From an uncultured Coriobacteriia bacterium (GTDB taxonomy: Bacteria > Actinomycetota > Coriobacteriia > Anaerosomatales > JAAXUF01), in contig CAWBKW010000009.1 in the NCBI GenBank assembly GCA_963789515.1, positions 31,088 to 95,087 of the forward strand: DNA of 64,000 nt, in the 5' to 3' direction. Shown here in pieces: positions 23,139 to 32,973 of the stretch. A program made the position numbers and the translations under genes. Position 1 is the stretch's first letter; every line of letters starts with the position of its first letter. The notes beneath the pieces are model-generated. The model did not search any database and was not told the origin of the DNA. It saw only the letters and a list, made by a program, of their open reading frames with translations.

Positions 23139-23679
23139 ATGCCAGCCGAGAGCCCCGCAGACTTCCTGTTCCGTCCCATCACCGTCGACGACATCGCGAC
23201 CGTGGTCGAGTTCCGGACGCGCATGTTCCGCGAGCTGGGGTGGCGGGACGAGGCCCGGCTCCTCCAGGTCGAGCCGCTGTTCGCGCGGTACCTGGCAGAG
23301 ACGCTGCCCGCCGGCGACTGCTCCGGCTTCGTCGCCGAGCACCTCGATGCGGACGGGACGCTGCGGCCGGCCGGAACCGTGGTGGTCGTGTGGCAGCGCG
23401 TGCCGCCGACCGTACGCAATCTCGAGGGGATCCAGGCGTACGCACTCGGCATGTACGTGGTTCCCGAGCTCCGCCGCCGAGGGGTGGCGATGGAGCTCAT
23501 GTCGCGCACCGTCGGTTGCGCTGCCGAGCGGGGTGCGGCGCTCGTCACCTTGCACGCGAGCGAACTCGGACTCCCGCTCTACGAGCGCATGGGGTTCACG
23601 CTCACCTCGGAGATGCGGCTCTTCACCCAGAACGCGCCGCCGTCGGCGTGGGGTGGCCGACGAGGGGAATCCGGACTAG
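23139..23679 (+). CDS. GNAT family N-acetyltransferase; frameshift near 23650
   Basis: MYVVPELRRRGVA and LHAS..G..LYERMGF acetyl-CoA motifs; RBS GAGGAG. Confidence 0.8.
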
Positions 23680-24346
23680 ACTGCCGGCACGCGCCGCACC
23701 TGGTGATGCCGGGCTGGGCGGCGATCCGTTCAGCGGTTGCCGCCTCGACCTCGGCGTCGGTCTCGATGAGCATCAGCGCATCAGCGCCTCGGCGCTTGCG
23801 CGACACCTGCATCGACGCGACGTTGACGCCGTTCTCGGCGAGCAGCCTGGTCACGGCCGCGATCTCCCCGGGGCGGTCCAGGTGCGCTACCACGAGCAGG
23901 GGCAGATCGCCGGTCGCCTCGACCTCGAAGGTGTCGATCTCGGTCACCACGACATCGCCTCCGCCGAGCGAGGAGCCGCGCACCCTCATCCGGCGCCCCT
24001 CGGCGTCCTCAAGTTCGAAGACGGCGGTGTTGGGATGCGCGTCGCCCAGGTCCGCCTCGGCGAAGGACACCGAGAGCCCGGCCTCATCGGCCAGTTCGAA
24101 GGCACGGGGAATTCGAGCATCGTCCGGCCGCATGCCGAGCAGCCCGGCCACCAGCGCCAGGTCGGTCCCGTGACCGGGACCGGTCGAGGCGAAGGAGCCG
24201 TGGAGCAGGATGTGGGCGGACCTGGGGGTCGAACCGAACACCGCAAGTGCCAGCGCGCCAAGGCGGCATGCTCCGGCCGTGTGGCTGGACGAAGGTCCAA
24301 TCATCACAGGACCTACAATATCGAAGACGCTTCTTTGGCGTGCCAT
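23676..24346 (-). CDS. sdaAB: L-serine dehydratase beta subunit (with ACT domain); frameshift near 23700
   Basis: SVFDIVGPVMIGPSSSHTAGA, GSFASTGPGHGTD, HPNT, SLGGG; leaderless start after TGcTACGAT. Confidence 0.9.
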
Positions 24347-24474
24347 TCGCTCATCGTAGCACCGACCGAGGCCCCAGCTATGCGCCCGGGGCGTCGCGAG
24401 GGTATAGTGTGCCAGCGCTTTCAGGGGCGCTTCAGTTCAGGCAAGCATCGGTAATCGCACGCGAAAGGAAGACC

Positions 24475-25050
24475 ATGTCGGAAGAGACTCAGTCCAACAA
24501 CCAGCAGATGATCGTCATCGCCCTCGTGGTGATCGCGGTTCTGCTCGCCGCTATCGTCGGCGTCGTGATCTGGCAGCAGAGCAAGGCCGCCAGCACTCTC
24601 CCCACGCCGACCGCGACACAGGCACCTGCCGCCACGGGCGGTCAGGCTGGCGCTCCCGCAGGCATGGGCGGCGCCGCTGGCGCTCCCGCAGCAGCGCCGG
24701 GTCCGTTCGACGCCAAGACGGCGACGAAGGTCTCCTCCGGCAAGTCGCCCGAGGAGTTCCTCAAGACGTACGGCGACGACATCCTCGCCAACAAGTACGC
24801 CGAGGCCTACAAGATGCTGCCGCTCGACAAGCAGCAGAGCTACGGTGACGCGGCCGCCTACGAGGCGCAGGTCAAGGCGTACGGCATCACCAAGTTCAAC
24901 ATGGGCAAGCCCGTCACCGATGGTGACAACGTGACCATCGTCTCCGAGCAGGTCACGCCGCAGATGCCGATCACCTACACCTGGACCTTCAAGAAGGTCG
25001 GCGGCCAGTGGTACGTCGTGTCCCGCACGATGGGCGGCTCGCTTCAGTAG
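24475..25050 (+). CDS. Hypothetical membrane-anchored extracytoplasmic protein
   Basis: RBS AAAGGAAG, N-terminal TM helix, Ala/Pro/Gly linker, globular C-terminus, strongly biased codon usage. Confidence 0.75.
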   Translation: MSEETQSNNQQMIVIALVVIAVLLAAIVGVVIWQQSKAASTLPTPTATQAPAATGGQAGAPAGMGGAAGAPAAAPGPFDAKTATKVSSGKSPEEFLKTYGDDILANKYAEAYKMLPLDKQQSYGDAAAYEAQVKAYGITKFNMGKPVTDGDNVTIVSEQVTPQMPITYTWTFKKVGGQWYVVSRTMGGSLQ

Positions 25051-25076
25051 CCACCGGTCTGAGATGCAACGTCTTT

Positions 25077-25104
25077 GCGGGGCGCCCAAAGGGCGCCCCG
25101 TTTT
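25077..25104 (+). terminator. Rho-independent terminator
   Basis: GCGGGGCGCCC-aaa-GGGCGCCCCGT followed by TTT. Confidence 0.7.
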
Positions 25105-25142
25105 GCGTTCGGGGGGCCGTCGCAGCGTGCTAGTCTTTGCGC

Positions 25143-28049
25143 GTGACTCTCGAGAATCTCTCGGCATTCCTCGTCCCGGGTACGGACGAAACCGTCGAAG
25201 CGTCCTACCGGACGCTTGCCGAACGCGCTCGCACGGCGGCGTTCGGTTTCGACGACGAGGTCGCGGTGGTCGACATCGAGACGACCGGCTACGACCCGGA
25301 CCGCGACCGCATCATCGAGATCGCCGCCGCGATCATGCACGGCCCGGACATCGTAGGGACCTTCTCGGCGCTCGTCGATCCGCTGGTTCCCGTCCCGTCC
25401 GAGATCTCGAAGCTCACCGGGATCACCGACGAGATGCTCGAGGGCCAGATGAGCGCGGAGGCGGCCGTCTTCAGGCTCGTCGAGTTCATCGGTGGCCGAG
25501 ACATCGTGGCGCACAACGCATCGTTCGACCGTTCGTTCATCGAGCGTGTTGCGGGGCGCCATGCGCTTCGGGGCTCGTGGCTCGACTCGCTGCAGGTGGT
25601 GCGGGTCGCCCTGCCCCGGCTCCGCTCGCACCGGCTGGCGGACCTCGCTCGGGCGTTCGGAGTCCGCCCCGAGGGCCCGGCTCACCGCGCACTGCCGGAC
25701 GTCGAGGCGCTCGCCGCGGTCTGGCGCATCGCGCTGGTGGGCCTCTCCGATCTGCCGCCCGGGCTGCTGCACCGGCTGACCGAGCTCGCGCCGACCACGC
25801 CCTGGCCGATACGCTCGGTGCTCGCTCGAGTCGCCGGCGCTGAGCCCCCGGGCGGCTTCTTCGACCTGAAGGAAGGGCGCCGCCGCAAGGTGGCCGCCGA
25901 CAAGGCCGACGCACTGCACGACGCCGAAGAGATCGAGTGCACGTGCCCCGAACCGGAATCGGTTCTGGGCGAGTTCTCGAGTGACGGCATCGCCGGACGC
26001 ATGTACGAGGGCTACGAGGCCCGTGCCGAGCAGCTCGAGATGGCCGGTGCGGTACTCGAGGCCTTCGGCACGCGGACTCACGCTGCCATCGAGGCGGGAA
26101 CCGGGGTCGGCAAGTCGGTCGCCTACCTGGTGCCGGCAGCCCTCTACTCGCTGCAGAACCGTGTCGGCGTCGGGGTCGCGACCAAGACCAACGCGCTCAT
26201 GGACCAGCTCGTCTACCACGAGCTTCCCAAGCTCAACCTGGCCCTCGGCGGGGTGCTTCGCTACGCGGCGCTCAAGGGCTACGACCACTACCCGTGCCTC
26301 CGCAAGCTCGAGCGCTTCGCGGGCGAACTCGAGGCCGGGGCCGACGAGGACCGCCTCGCGACCGTCGCCGCGCTCTACGCGTGGACGGCGCAATCGTCGT
26401 GGGGTGACCTCGACGCGATCAACCTGCACTGGGGCCGCCGCGAGGTGCGTGCCGCGGTCTCAGCGTCGCAAGCCGACTGCACGCGCAAGCGCTGCCGGTT
26501 CTACCCCAACCTCTGCTATCTGCATGGCGTACGGCGCCGCGCCGCGAGCGCCAACGTGGTCGTCACCAACCACGCGCTGCTCTTTCGAGATGTCGTCGCG
26601 CAGGGAGGCATCCTTCCGCCGATCCGGCACTGGATCGTCGATGAGGCGCACTCTGCCGAGAGCGAGGCGCGCAAGCAGCTCACGAGCGGAGCAAGCCACG
26701 TCGAGCTCTCGGCGGTTCTCGGCGGGCTGGCCTCGAAAGGCCGGGGTGGGCTGCTCGAGAACCTGCGGCGCGCCCTGCGCGGGGCGGACACGGCCTCGGC
26801 CGTCGGTGCGATCGCCCGCATGGAGGACCAGGTCGCCCGGTGCTCGACGATCAGCGACTCCCTCTTCGACTTCGTCAAGGACCTGGCGCCGCTCGCCGGT
26901 GGGTCCGAGTACGACGCGGCGCAGCTCTGGCTGACCGAGGAGACCCGCGAGACCGGTCCGTGGGGCACCGTTTCCTCGACCGGCAGCGCGCTCGCCAAGC
27001 GCCTCGAGTCGCTCATCGCCGACGGCCGCGAGCTCATGACCCTCCTCGAGGAGCTGGGCGGCGACTTCACCGAGGGCCGTGCCGACCTCGTCGGGCTGCT
27101 CTCCCGGCTCGCCGAGCAGCACGCCGGCCTCGTCGCCGTACTCGACGGCGAGGACGAGGGGCTGGTCTACTCGGCCACGCTGGACCGCCGACGGGACCGC
27201 GACGCCGAGAAGCTCGTCGCCGAGCGGCTCGACGTGGGCGAGGTCCTCGTCGATGACCTGTACCCGCGCGTCCACAGCGTGGTGTTCACCTCGGCGACCA
27301 TCGCGACGGGGGAGTCGTTCGAGCACTTCGCACGAGCGGTGGGACTCGACCGCGTCGCGCCGGAGTCGTGGCGCTCACTGCGTCTGGCGTCGAGCTACGA
27401 CTTCGAGCGGCAGATGGCCGTCTTCGTCCCCACGGACATGTCGCTTCCCGCCGAGCGGGGCTATCTCGCCGATCTCGAGCGGCTGCTCGAGGATGTGCAC
27501 GTCGCCATGGGTGGCAGCGTGCTCACGCTGTTCACCAACCGGCGCGACATGGAGCATCTGCACGCGATCCTCGAACCGCGGCTCGAGCGCGCGGGGATCG
27601 CCTTGCTGTGCCAGAAGCGGGGGACGAGCGCCAAGCGGCTCCGGGACGAGTTCCTCGCCGACGAGCGCCTGTCGCTCTTCGCGCTGAAGTCCTTCTGGGA
27701 AGGGTTCGATGCCAAAGGCGACACCCTTCGCTGCGTCGTCGTGCCCAAGCTACCGTTCGGCCGTCCCACCGACCCGCTCGCTCAGGAACGCGAACGCCGA
27801 GAAGGGCGGCAGGCGTGGAGCCGCTACACGCTGCCCGAGGCCGTCCTCGAGCTGAAACAGGCGGCCGGGCGCCTCATTCGCAGCCGGACCGATGTCGGCT
27901 GTCTCGTCATCGCCGACGCACGTGTGATCGCCAAGGGGTACGGACGCGAGTTCATCTCGGCGCTCCCTGTCGCCGACATCGAGAAGCTGCCGACCCGCGC
28001 GGCGGTCGAGGAGATCCGGAAACGGTTCGGGCGCTCGGGCGGGACGTGA
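25143..28049 (+). CDS. dinG: DinG-family helicase with N-terminal DEDDh 3'-5' exonuclease
   Basis: VDIETTG, AHNASFD, HRALPD exonuclease; EAGTGVGKS, VDEAH, FTSAT, FWEGFD, KLPF, QAAGRLIRS; probable leaderless GTG 6 nt after TGcTAGTCT. Confidence 0.9.
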   Translation: MTLENLSAFLVPGTDETVEASYRTLAERARTAAFGFDDEVAVVDIETTGYDPDRDRIIEIAAAIMHGPDIVGTFSALVDPLVPVPSEISKLTGITDEMLEGQMSAEAAVFRLVEFIGGRDIVAHNASFDRSFIERVAGRHALRGSWLDSLQVVRVALPRLRSHRLADLARAFGVRPEGPAHRALPDVEALAAVWRIALVGLSDLPPGLLHRLTELAPTTPWPIRSVLARVAGAEPPGGFFDLKEGRRRKVAADKADALHDAEEIECTCPEPESVLGEFSSDGIAGRMYEGYEARAEQLEMAGAVLEAFGTRTHAAIEAGTGVGKSVAYLVPAALYSLQNRVGVGVATKTNALMDQLVYHELPKLNLALGGVLRYAALKGYDHYPCLRKLERFAGELEAGADEDRLATVAALYAWTAQSSWGDLDAINLHWGRREVRAAVSASQADCTRKRCRFYPNLCYLHGVRRRAASANVVVTNHALLFRDVVAQGGILPPIRHWIVDEAHSAESEARKQLTSGASHVELSAVLGGLASKGRGGLLENLRRALRGADTASAVGAIARMEDQVARCSTISDSLFDFVKDLAPLAGGSEYDAAQLWLTEETRETGPWGTVSSTGSALAKRLESLIADGRELMTLLEELGGDFTEGRADLVGLLSRLAEQHAGLVAVLDGEDEGLVYSATLDRRRDRDAEKLVAERLDVGEVLVDDLYPRVHSVVFTSATIATGESFEHFARAVGLDRVAPESWRSLRLASSYDFERQMAVFVPTDMSLPAERGYLADLERLLEDVHVAMGGSVLTLFTNRRDMEHLHAILEPRLERAGIALLCQKRGTSAKRLRDEFLADERLSLFALKSFWEGFDAKGDTLRCVVVPKLPFGRPTDPLAQERERREGRQAWSRYTLPEAVLELKQAAGRLIRSRTDVGCLVIADARVIAKGYGREFISALPVADIEKLPTRAAVEEIRKRFGRSGGT

Positions 28050-28130
28050 TCGCGATGGGAAGCCGGGGCGGAGACCATGATGCAGTCGGGACAGCGACGA
28101 GGGCGATCGTGAGCCGGCGCGCCGTCACCC

Positions 28131-28526
28131 TTGGCGTCGCTGCTGCTGTGCGCCGCACTGGCGGTGACCGGCTGTACGTCTCGGCGAGCACCGGGTCCGG
28201 ACGCCACCCAGAGCATCGTCGGTCTCTGGAAGATCGAAGCTGCAAAGGGCCGGCCCGCCAGCCTCTCGGAGATCGGCTTCGGTGCGGACGGCTCGTTCAG
28301 GCACTCCGGCAACAACGCGCTCGGGCTACCGGTCAACTTCGGGGGGCGGTACGAGATAGGCGGTTCGGCGAAGGAGTCGGTGATCCGGCTGACCTACGAT
28401 GACTTCCCCGACAAGCCGACGACGTGGTTCTTCCGCTTGGCGGGAGACACCTTGACCGTCGCGCCCAGCGCGGCAGATCTGGGAACCGAGGCGGCGATCG
28501 TCTTCACGCGCGCTCAGCAGCAGTAG
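28131..28526 (+). CDS. Putative lipoprotein (small beta-barrel-like domain); start uncertain
   Basis: Hydrophobic stretch and lipobox VTGC, IVGLW motif. Confidence 0.55.
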   Translation: MASLLLCAALAVTGCTSRRAPGPDATQSIVGLWKIEAAKGRPASLSEIGFGADGSFRHSGNNALGLPVNFGGRYEIGGSAKESVIRLTYDDFPDKPTTWFFRLAGDTLTVAPSAADLGTEAAIVFTRAQQQ

Positions 28527-28529
28527 GCG

Positions 28530-29486
28530 CTACGGGACCAGGCGCGAGGTGCGCGCGTACTCCTCGCGTGCGAGGGCCACGACCGCGGCGCGGACCGCTT
28601 CGGGTTCCAGCACCTCGACACTCCCGAGACGCGCCACCACGCGACGGGCGATCCAGTCTGTCCCCGCGAAGGGGACCTCGGCGATCTCGTCGCCGTTCTC
28701 GCGCTGTTCGACCAGACGTGAACCCGGCCAGTCGCGCTCGACGAACGTCCCGGGGCCCGCGAATCGCAGACGGGCCACCGGCAGGCCCTCGGCCGAGAAC
28801 GCCGTGGAACTCAGACCCGAGGTCCCGTGTGCGGCCGGCGCGAACGGTTCACCCGTCGCTTCCAGGCCCCGGATGCGGTCGACGCGGAAGGTACGGAAGT
28901 CGTCGGCCTCTCGGCACCAGGCCGAGAGATACCAGGCACCGCGGTCGGCCAGTAGCTGGAGCGGCTCGACCGTGCGCTCGCCGGGCGCGTCAGCGCCGTC
29001 GCGCTGGTAGGCGAGCTTCACCGTCCGGTGGTCGCGGATCGCCGCCGCGAGCGCTTCGAAGACCTCGACGTCGTGCCCGGCCGTCTCGGTACGAAGCGTC
29101 TTGGCGAGCTCCTCGGCGTCGAGCGAGGCGCTGGTGGCCGCAGCGAGCTTGGCGTTGAGCGGGTCGTCAGCCGAGAACCCCGCCGCCGACAGCGCCGCCG
29201 AGAGCGCCTCGGCCTCGGCGAGCGACAGCCGGACCGGGCCGCGCATCGCGGGGACCGAGCCGAAGACCTCGACCCGGTCGCCCTCGATGGAGAGCGGCAC
29301 GAGCTCCCACGGAGAGTACGGGGCGATGCCGCACATGGACAGGGTCGTCAGATCGGCCGCGAGCTCCGCGGGCGACGAGCCCACCTCCGCGGCCATCTCG
29401 GCGAGCGAGATCACGCTGCCGTTCTTCATGCGTCCCAGCAGTGCGATCAGGCGTCGTGCGCGATGGGCGGTGCTGGCCTTAGCCAT
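28530..29486 (-). CDS. WYL-domain transcriptional regulator, PafC-like
   Basis: N-terminal HTH (RARRLIALL..LAADLTTLSMCG), AWYLSAWC...RTFRVDRI, WCX-like C-terminus. Confidence 0.88.
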   Translation of the reverse strand: MAKASTAHRARRLIALLGRMKNGSVISLAEMAAEVGSSPAELAADLTTLSMCGIAPYSPWELVPLSIEGDRVEVFGSVPAMRGPVRLSLAEAEALSAALSAAGFSADDPLNAKLAAATSASLDAEELAKTLRTETAGHDVEVFEALAAAIRDHRTVKLAYQRDGADAPGERTVEPLQLLADRGAWYLSAWCREADDFRTFRVDRIRGLEATGEPFAPAAHGTSGLSSTAFSAEGLPVARLRFAGPGTFVERDWPGSRLVEQRENGDEIAEVPFAGTDWIARRVVARLGSVEVLEPEAVRAAVVALAREEYARTSRLVP

Positions 29487-30456
29487 GGGCGACGAGCACC
29501 TCCTCCAGACCGCTGCGAAGCGCATCGACGGCGTCGCGGGGCTCGACGAGTCGCAGTCCCGGGCCGTTGTCGATGACGAACTGCAGCAGCCGTGACTGAG
29601 AACTCGCCGCAACGCGCCACAGACCCCCGTCGCCATCCTTCTCGATGGAGCCCTGGCCTGCCGAGAGGGACTCCATCCGCCACACAGCGCTGGGCTCGAA
29701 GCGGATCATGGCCTCGAACCGGGATGCGTCAGGTCCGTACTGGAAGGGGAGGCGTACGAAGCTCCCCACGTCGAACCCGTGCGGCCGCTCGAAGTCGGGC
29801 GACTTGGGGCGGGCCGGGTTCACCGCGATCTCGGACATGCGGGCCACCGTGTACGTCCGGAGCTGGTCCTTGACGATATCGCGGCCGACCAGGTACCACC
29901 GGCCGTCGTGCAGGAACAGCCCGTACGGCTCCACTGCGTGAGGCGCGCTGACTCCCTGCGAGTTGGTGTAGCCGAAGTCGACCGACTTCCCGCGTCCCGC
30001 GGCATCCGCGAGCAGCGCGACGATCGCCCCCTGGTGCTCGGGTTCCTCGTCGGCAAGCCGCGCAGCGGCGGGCACGTCACCTGAGTCCGTCGCCGAGGCG
30101 ATCTTGGCCATCGCGAGGCGCAGGTCGTCGGAGAAGGGGAACGAGGGGTCGTCGAGCAGCGCACTCGCTGCGGCCTGCACGGCAGCCGCTTCCTCGGCCG
30201 TGAGGTCGAGTGGGGCGGCGAAGGTGCCCGCGCGGTCGAGGCGGTAGTAGCCCTCGTTCTCGGCGTCGGTCAGGATCACGAGACCGGCGGTGCGCAGATC
30301 GTCCTTGTCCCGCTCGAACTGGCGCTTGAAGGCTTCGTCGGCCTGGTCGGGCGCGTAGCCCTTGACCTCGGCACGAATGTCTTCGGCGCTGACGGGTTCG
30401 CGTGCGGCCGAGAGGTAGAGCGCGAGATTGACGAGACGTTCGACTGCGGTGTACAA
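29479..30456 (-). CDS. WYL-domain transcriptional regulator, PafB-like
   Basis: ERLVNLALYL, FKRQFERDKDDLR, VEPYGL...RWYLVGRD...RTYTVARM; TTG start after GGAGG. Confidence 0.88.
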   Translation of the reverse strand: MYTAVERLVNLALYLSAAREPVSAEDIRAEVKGYAPDQADEAFKRQFERDKDDLRTAGLVILTDAENEGYYRLDRAGTFAAPLDLTAEEAAAVQAAASALLDDPSFPFSDDLRLAMAKIASATDSGDVPAAARLADEEPEHQGAIVALLADAAGRGKSVDFGYTNSQGVSAPHAVEPYGLFLHDGRWYLVGRDIVKDQLRTYTVARMSEIAVNPARPKSPDFERPHGFDVGSFVRLPFQYGPDASRFEAMIRFEPSAVWRMESLSAGQGSIEKDGDGGLWRVAASSQSRLLQFVIDNGPGLRLVEPRDAVDALRSGLEEVLVAHG

Positions 30457-30532
30457 GAAGCCCCCTCCGGCGGTGCGGACACCGTGATTGTACGGCACCC
30501 CCGACTCCCCGCAGGGCAACGTGCGTCCCGAG

Positions 30533-30649
30533 AAACGAAACGACCCGCGTGGGGGGCGCGGGCCGTTCAATTTCCTGAGCGGGCGTTCCCCGACTCTGAG
30601 GGGGGTTAGAGGCGGTTCGCCACTGCTCGACCAACTTCCAGCAATGTGT
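30533..30649 (-). ncRNA. Candidate structured small RNA with two C6 loops (6C-like) ending in a terminator
   Basis: Possible -10 CATTCT; stems CATTGCT/AGCAGTG, CTCT-aaCCCCCCtc-AGAG and AACGGCCCGCG-CCCCCCa-CGCGGGTCGTT plus T-rich tail; G-U wobbles work only on the minus strand. Confidence 0.5.
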
Positions 30650-30743
30650 GTGCCAAGAATGCGCACACGAGGCACTCAGTGCGTCTCGGAGTCGACTGAT
30701 CCGCTGAGCGGCCGGCCGGCCCGGGCCGAGGCTTCTTTGCGGT

Positions 30744-31376
30744 GTGACCTCGGGTGCGGTACAAGAAGGCGGGGACACGAGCGCATGGGCACTCCGAAAG
30801 GTGGCACGAGATCCGGTGGCAGACCAGCATGCAGGCTCCGAGACCGACGCGGAATCGCCCCCGGTTCCCGATGTCGACCACAGCGACCGGACGATCTGGT
30901 GGACGATCTTCGTCGTTGGGTTCGTGGTGTTCGTCGGGATACTCCTGCTCGGGAGGCCGTTGGTCCAGGGCCGTCTCACCGCCGCACGCAATCTCGATCG
31001 AGCGTCGGCGATCATCGCCGATACGAAGACGGACATTGCGGCGATCGACGACCGCGTGCGTGCCGTGTCAGCGACGTCCGGAAGCGGCTCAGGACCCGGC
31101 ACATCCGCCGAGATCGCGGCCGCCCGGGGTCGGCTGAAGGAGGCGGCCGCGCTCTCCGAGACCGGATACGACCGGCTCACGTCCGACGAGCAGGAGCGAG
31201 CAGTGATCGTCAAGGCGACCGCACTTGCACGGCTCGAGGTTCTCGACGCCGCCGCCGCGGTCCTGTCGGCGGGAACAACGGGCGTTCCGACCGGAGGAAC
31301 TGAGCGGGCGCTCAGGGAGTACGAAGCGGCGGTCGACAAGGTGCGACAGGCCGACGAGGCGCTTCTGAGGCTCTGA
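30744..31376 (+). CDS. Hypothetical single-pass membrane protein with helical domain
   Basis: One TM helix (IWWTIFVVGFVVFVGILLL) followed by an amphipathic helical region. Confidence 0.6.
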   Translation: MTSGAVQEGGDTSAWALRKVARDPVADQHAGSETDAESPPVPDVDHSDRTIWWTIFVVGFVVFVGILLLGRPLVQGRLTAARNLDRASAIIADTKTDIAAIDDRVRAVSATSGSGSGPGTSAEIAAARGRLKEAAALSETGYDRLTSDEQERAVIVKATALARLEVLDAAAAVLSAGTTGVPTGGTERALREYEAAVDKVRQADEALLRL

Positions 31377-31440
31377 GGGCGGAGTCCGGTCCGACGAGTC
31401 CTTGGCTGAAGGATACCGACGTGGATCTGAGGGGGCAGGC

Positions 31441-32235
31441 GTGAGCGCACAGGAGTTCTGGTCCGGTTGGTGGTGGCCGGCAGCGACGGCGTTGGTCGGT
31501 CTCGTGTTCGCCTGGCTCGTCTTCGACCAATGGCTGCACCGGCGCAAACCCCATCAGCTTGCGTGGTCGGTAGGTCTGCTCATGTACGGAGTCGCGGCAC
31601 TGATGGAGGCGGTGTCCGAGTTCAGCGGGCACTGGAACCCGCTGGTGTATCGGCTCTACATCGTGCTTGCCGCTTCGATGGTGGGCTACCTCGGCCTTGG
31701 TTCGTACTATCTGATCGCCAAGAAGAAGACCGGCCCGCACATCTATCTGGGGATGCTCCTCGGCTGGGAGATCGTGTTCCTCTGGGGCGTGTTCAACACC
31801 ATGCTCATCCCGACCAAACTCGTGCCCGGCATCACCGTGGGTGGCCAGGCCCTGGGCGCCGCGTCGACCTTCCCACGCATCATGTCGCTGCCGTTCAACA
31901 TCACCGGTTCGATCTTCCTGCTCGGCGGCGCGCTCATCTCGATCTGGCGCTTCGCGCGCAAGAGGGAGTTCGCGTACCGGATGTGGGCGAACGTCTTCAT
32001 CGCGGCCGGGACCATCATCATCGCGGGCGCCGGCAGCATGGCCAGGGCGGGGCTCAGCGTCGGTCTCTATCCCGCCGAGATGGTCGCCTCCGCGCTGCTG
32101 CTCGTCGGATTCCTCATGGCCGGGACGCTCGACAAGGGCGTCAAGGAGTCGGTGCAGCACGGGCGCGAGCGCCGCGCACGCGAGGCGGCGGCGCGAGCTG
32201 CCGAGGAGATGCCTCCGCCCGACGAGGCGTCGTAG
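31441..32235 (+). CDS. Hypothetical polytopic (about 7 TM) membrane protein
   Basis: Multiple hydrophobic segments, typical codon usage. Confidence 0.7.
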   Translation: MSAQEFWSGWWWPAATALVGLVFAWLVFDQWLHRRKPHQLAWSVGLLMYGVAALMEAVSEFSGHWNPLVYRLYIVLAASMVGYLGLGSYYLIAKKKTGPHIYLGMLLGWEIVFLWGVFNTMLIPTKLVPGITVGGQALGAASTFPRIMSLPFNITGSIFLLGGALISIWRFARKREFAYRMWANVFIAAGTIIIAGAGSMARAGLSVGLYPAEMVASALLLVGFLMAGTLDKGVKESVQHGRERRAREAAARAAEEMPPPDEAS

Positions 32236-32256
32236 GCCGCGAGCCGAACGTTCGGG

Positions 32257-32973
32257 TCAGCCCTCTTCGTAGCCGCTTCCGAGTGCGGCGAGCGCCCGCA
32301 TGTCGGTGATGGTGACGTTCTGGCCGCTCACCTCCATGACTCCGTCGTCCTTGAGCCGCGCGAACGCTCGTGAGAGCGATTCGGGAGTGGTTCCGAGAGC
32401 CATGGCGAGTTCGCCCTTCTTCATGCCCAGGCTGACATGCAGCCCCGTGGCCGTGGGGCTGCCCGATTGCAGCGCGCGCTGGAAGACGTAGCGGGCGACA
32501 CGGCTCGGGACATCGAGCGCCAGCGTCGTGACGACCGCGGTGAAGTTCACGACGCGCGTAGCGAGATCCGCGAGCAGCGTGCGTGCCACCTGCGGCTCGT
32601 GGTCCAACAGCTCGAAGAGCGCTTCGGCCGGCACGCACGCGTAGGTCGCCGGCGTCGCAGCGTCGATGTTGGCCGGATAGCGCGCTCCGGCCATGGCCGC
32701 CACGGCGGCGAGCGGCTGGCCCGACTCGACGGTCTCGAAAGTGATCTGCCGGCCGTCTGCGCCCAGATAGAAGACGCGCGCCTTGCCCGCTATGAGCACA
32801 CCGAACTCCTCGGCGGGTTCGCCCTCGCGTGCAAGCGAGGCCCCGCGCGCCACGTCGGCGACCCGCGCCTGGCGCGCGAGCACCGCCACTGCTTCGTCGG
32901 AGGCGGTACGCCACAGCCTGCAGGCGCGGAAGGCGGCCCAGACGTCGGGACGGATGTCGGTCGGTGCGTCCAT
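32257..32973 (-). CDS. Crp/Fnr-family regulator (HcpR/Dnr-like)
   Basis: cNMP-like domain and HTH with TPESLSR recognition helix; no FNR Cys cluster; divergent from the hcp operon. Confidence 0.88.
   Translation of the reverse strand: MDAPTDIRPDVWAAFRACRLWRTASDEAVAVLARQARVADVARGASLAREGEPAEEFGVLIAGKARVFYLGADGRQITFETVESGQPLAAVAAMAGARYPANIDAATPATYACVPAEALFELLDHEPQVARTLLADLATRVVNFTAVVTTLALDVPSRVARYVFQRALQSGSPTATGLHVSLGMKKGELAMALGTTPESLSRAFARLKDDGVMEVSGQNVTITDMRALAALGSGYEEG

Noticed and set aside
22128-24173. 681-aa FeoB / Cys-rich / GNAT fusion ORF
   Set aside because: Produced by indels; the internal genes have their own RBS and ATG, and the tail is antisense to sdaAB
28077-28130. In-frame TGA upstream of the lipoprotein as a selenocysteine codon
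   Set aside because: It would fall in a signal-peptide region with no redox motif or evident SECIS; a GTG start at 28109 plus a 1-nt indel is simpler
25143-30456. DinG plus WYL as a type IV CRISPR or defence locus
   Set aside because: No cas genes or repeat-spacer array; the DinG-exonuclease fusion and PafBC-like pair match housekeeping repair genes
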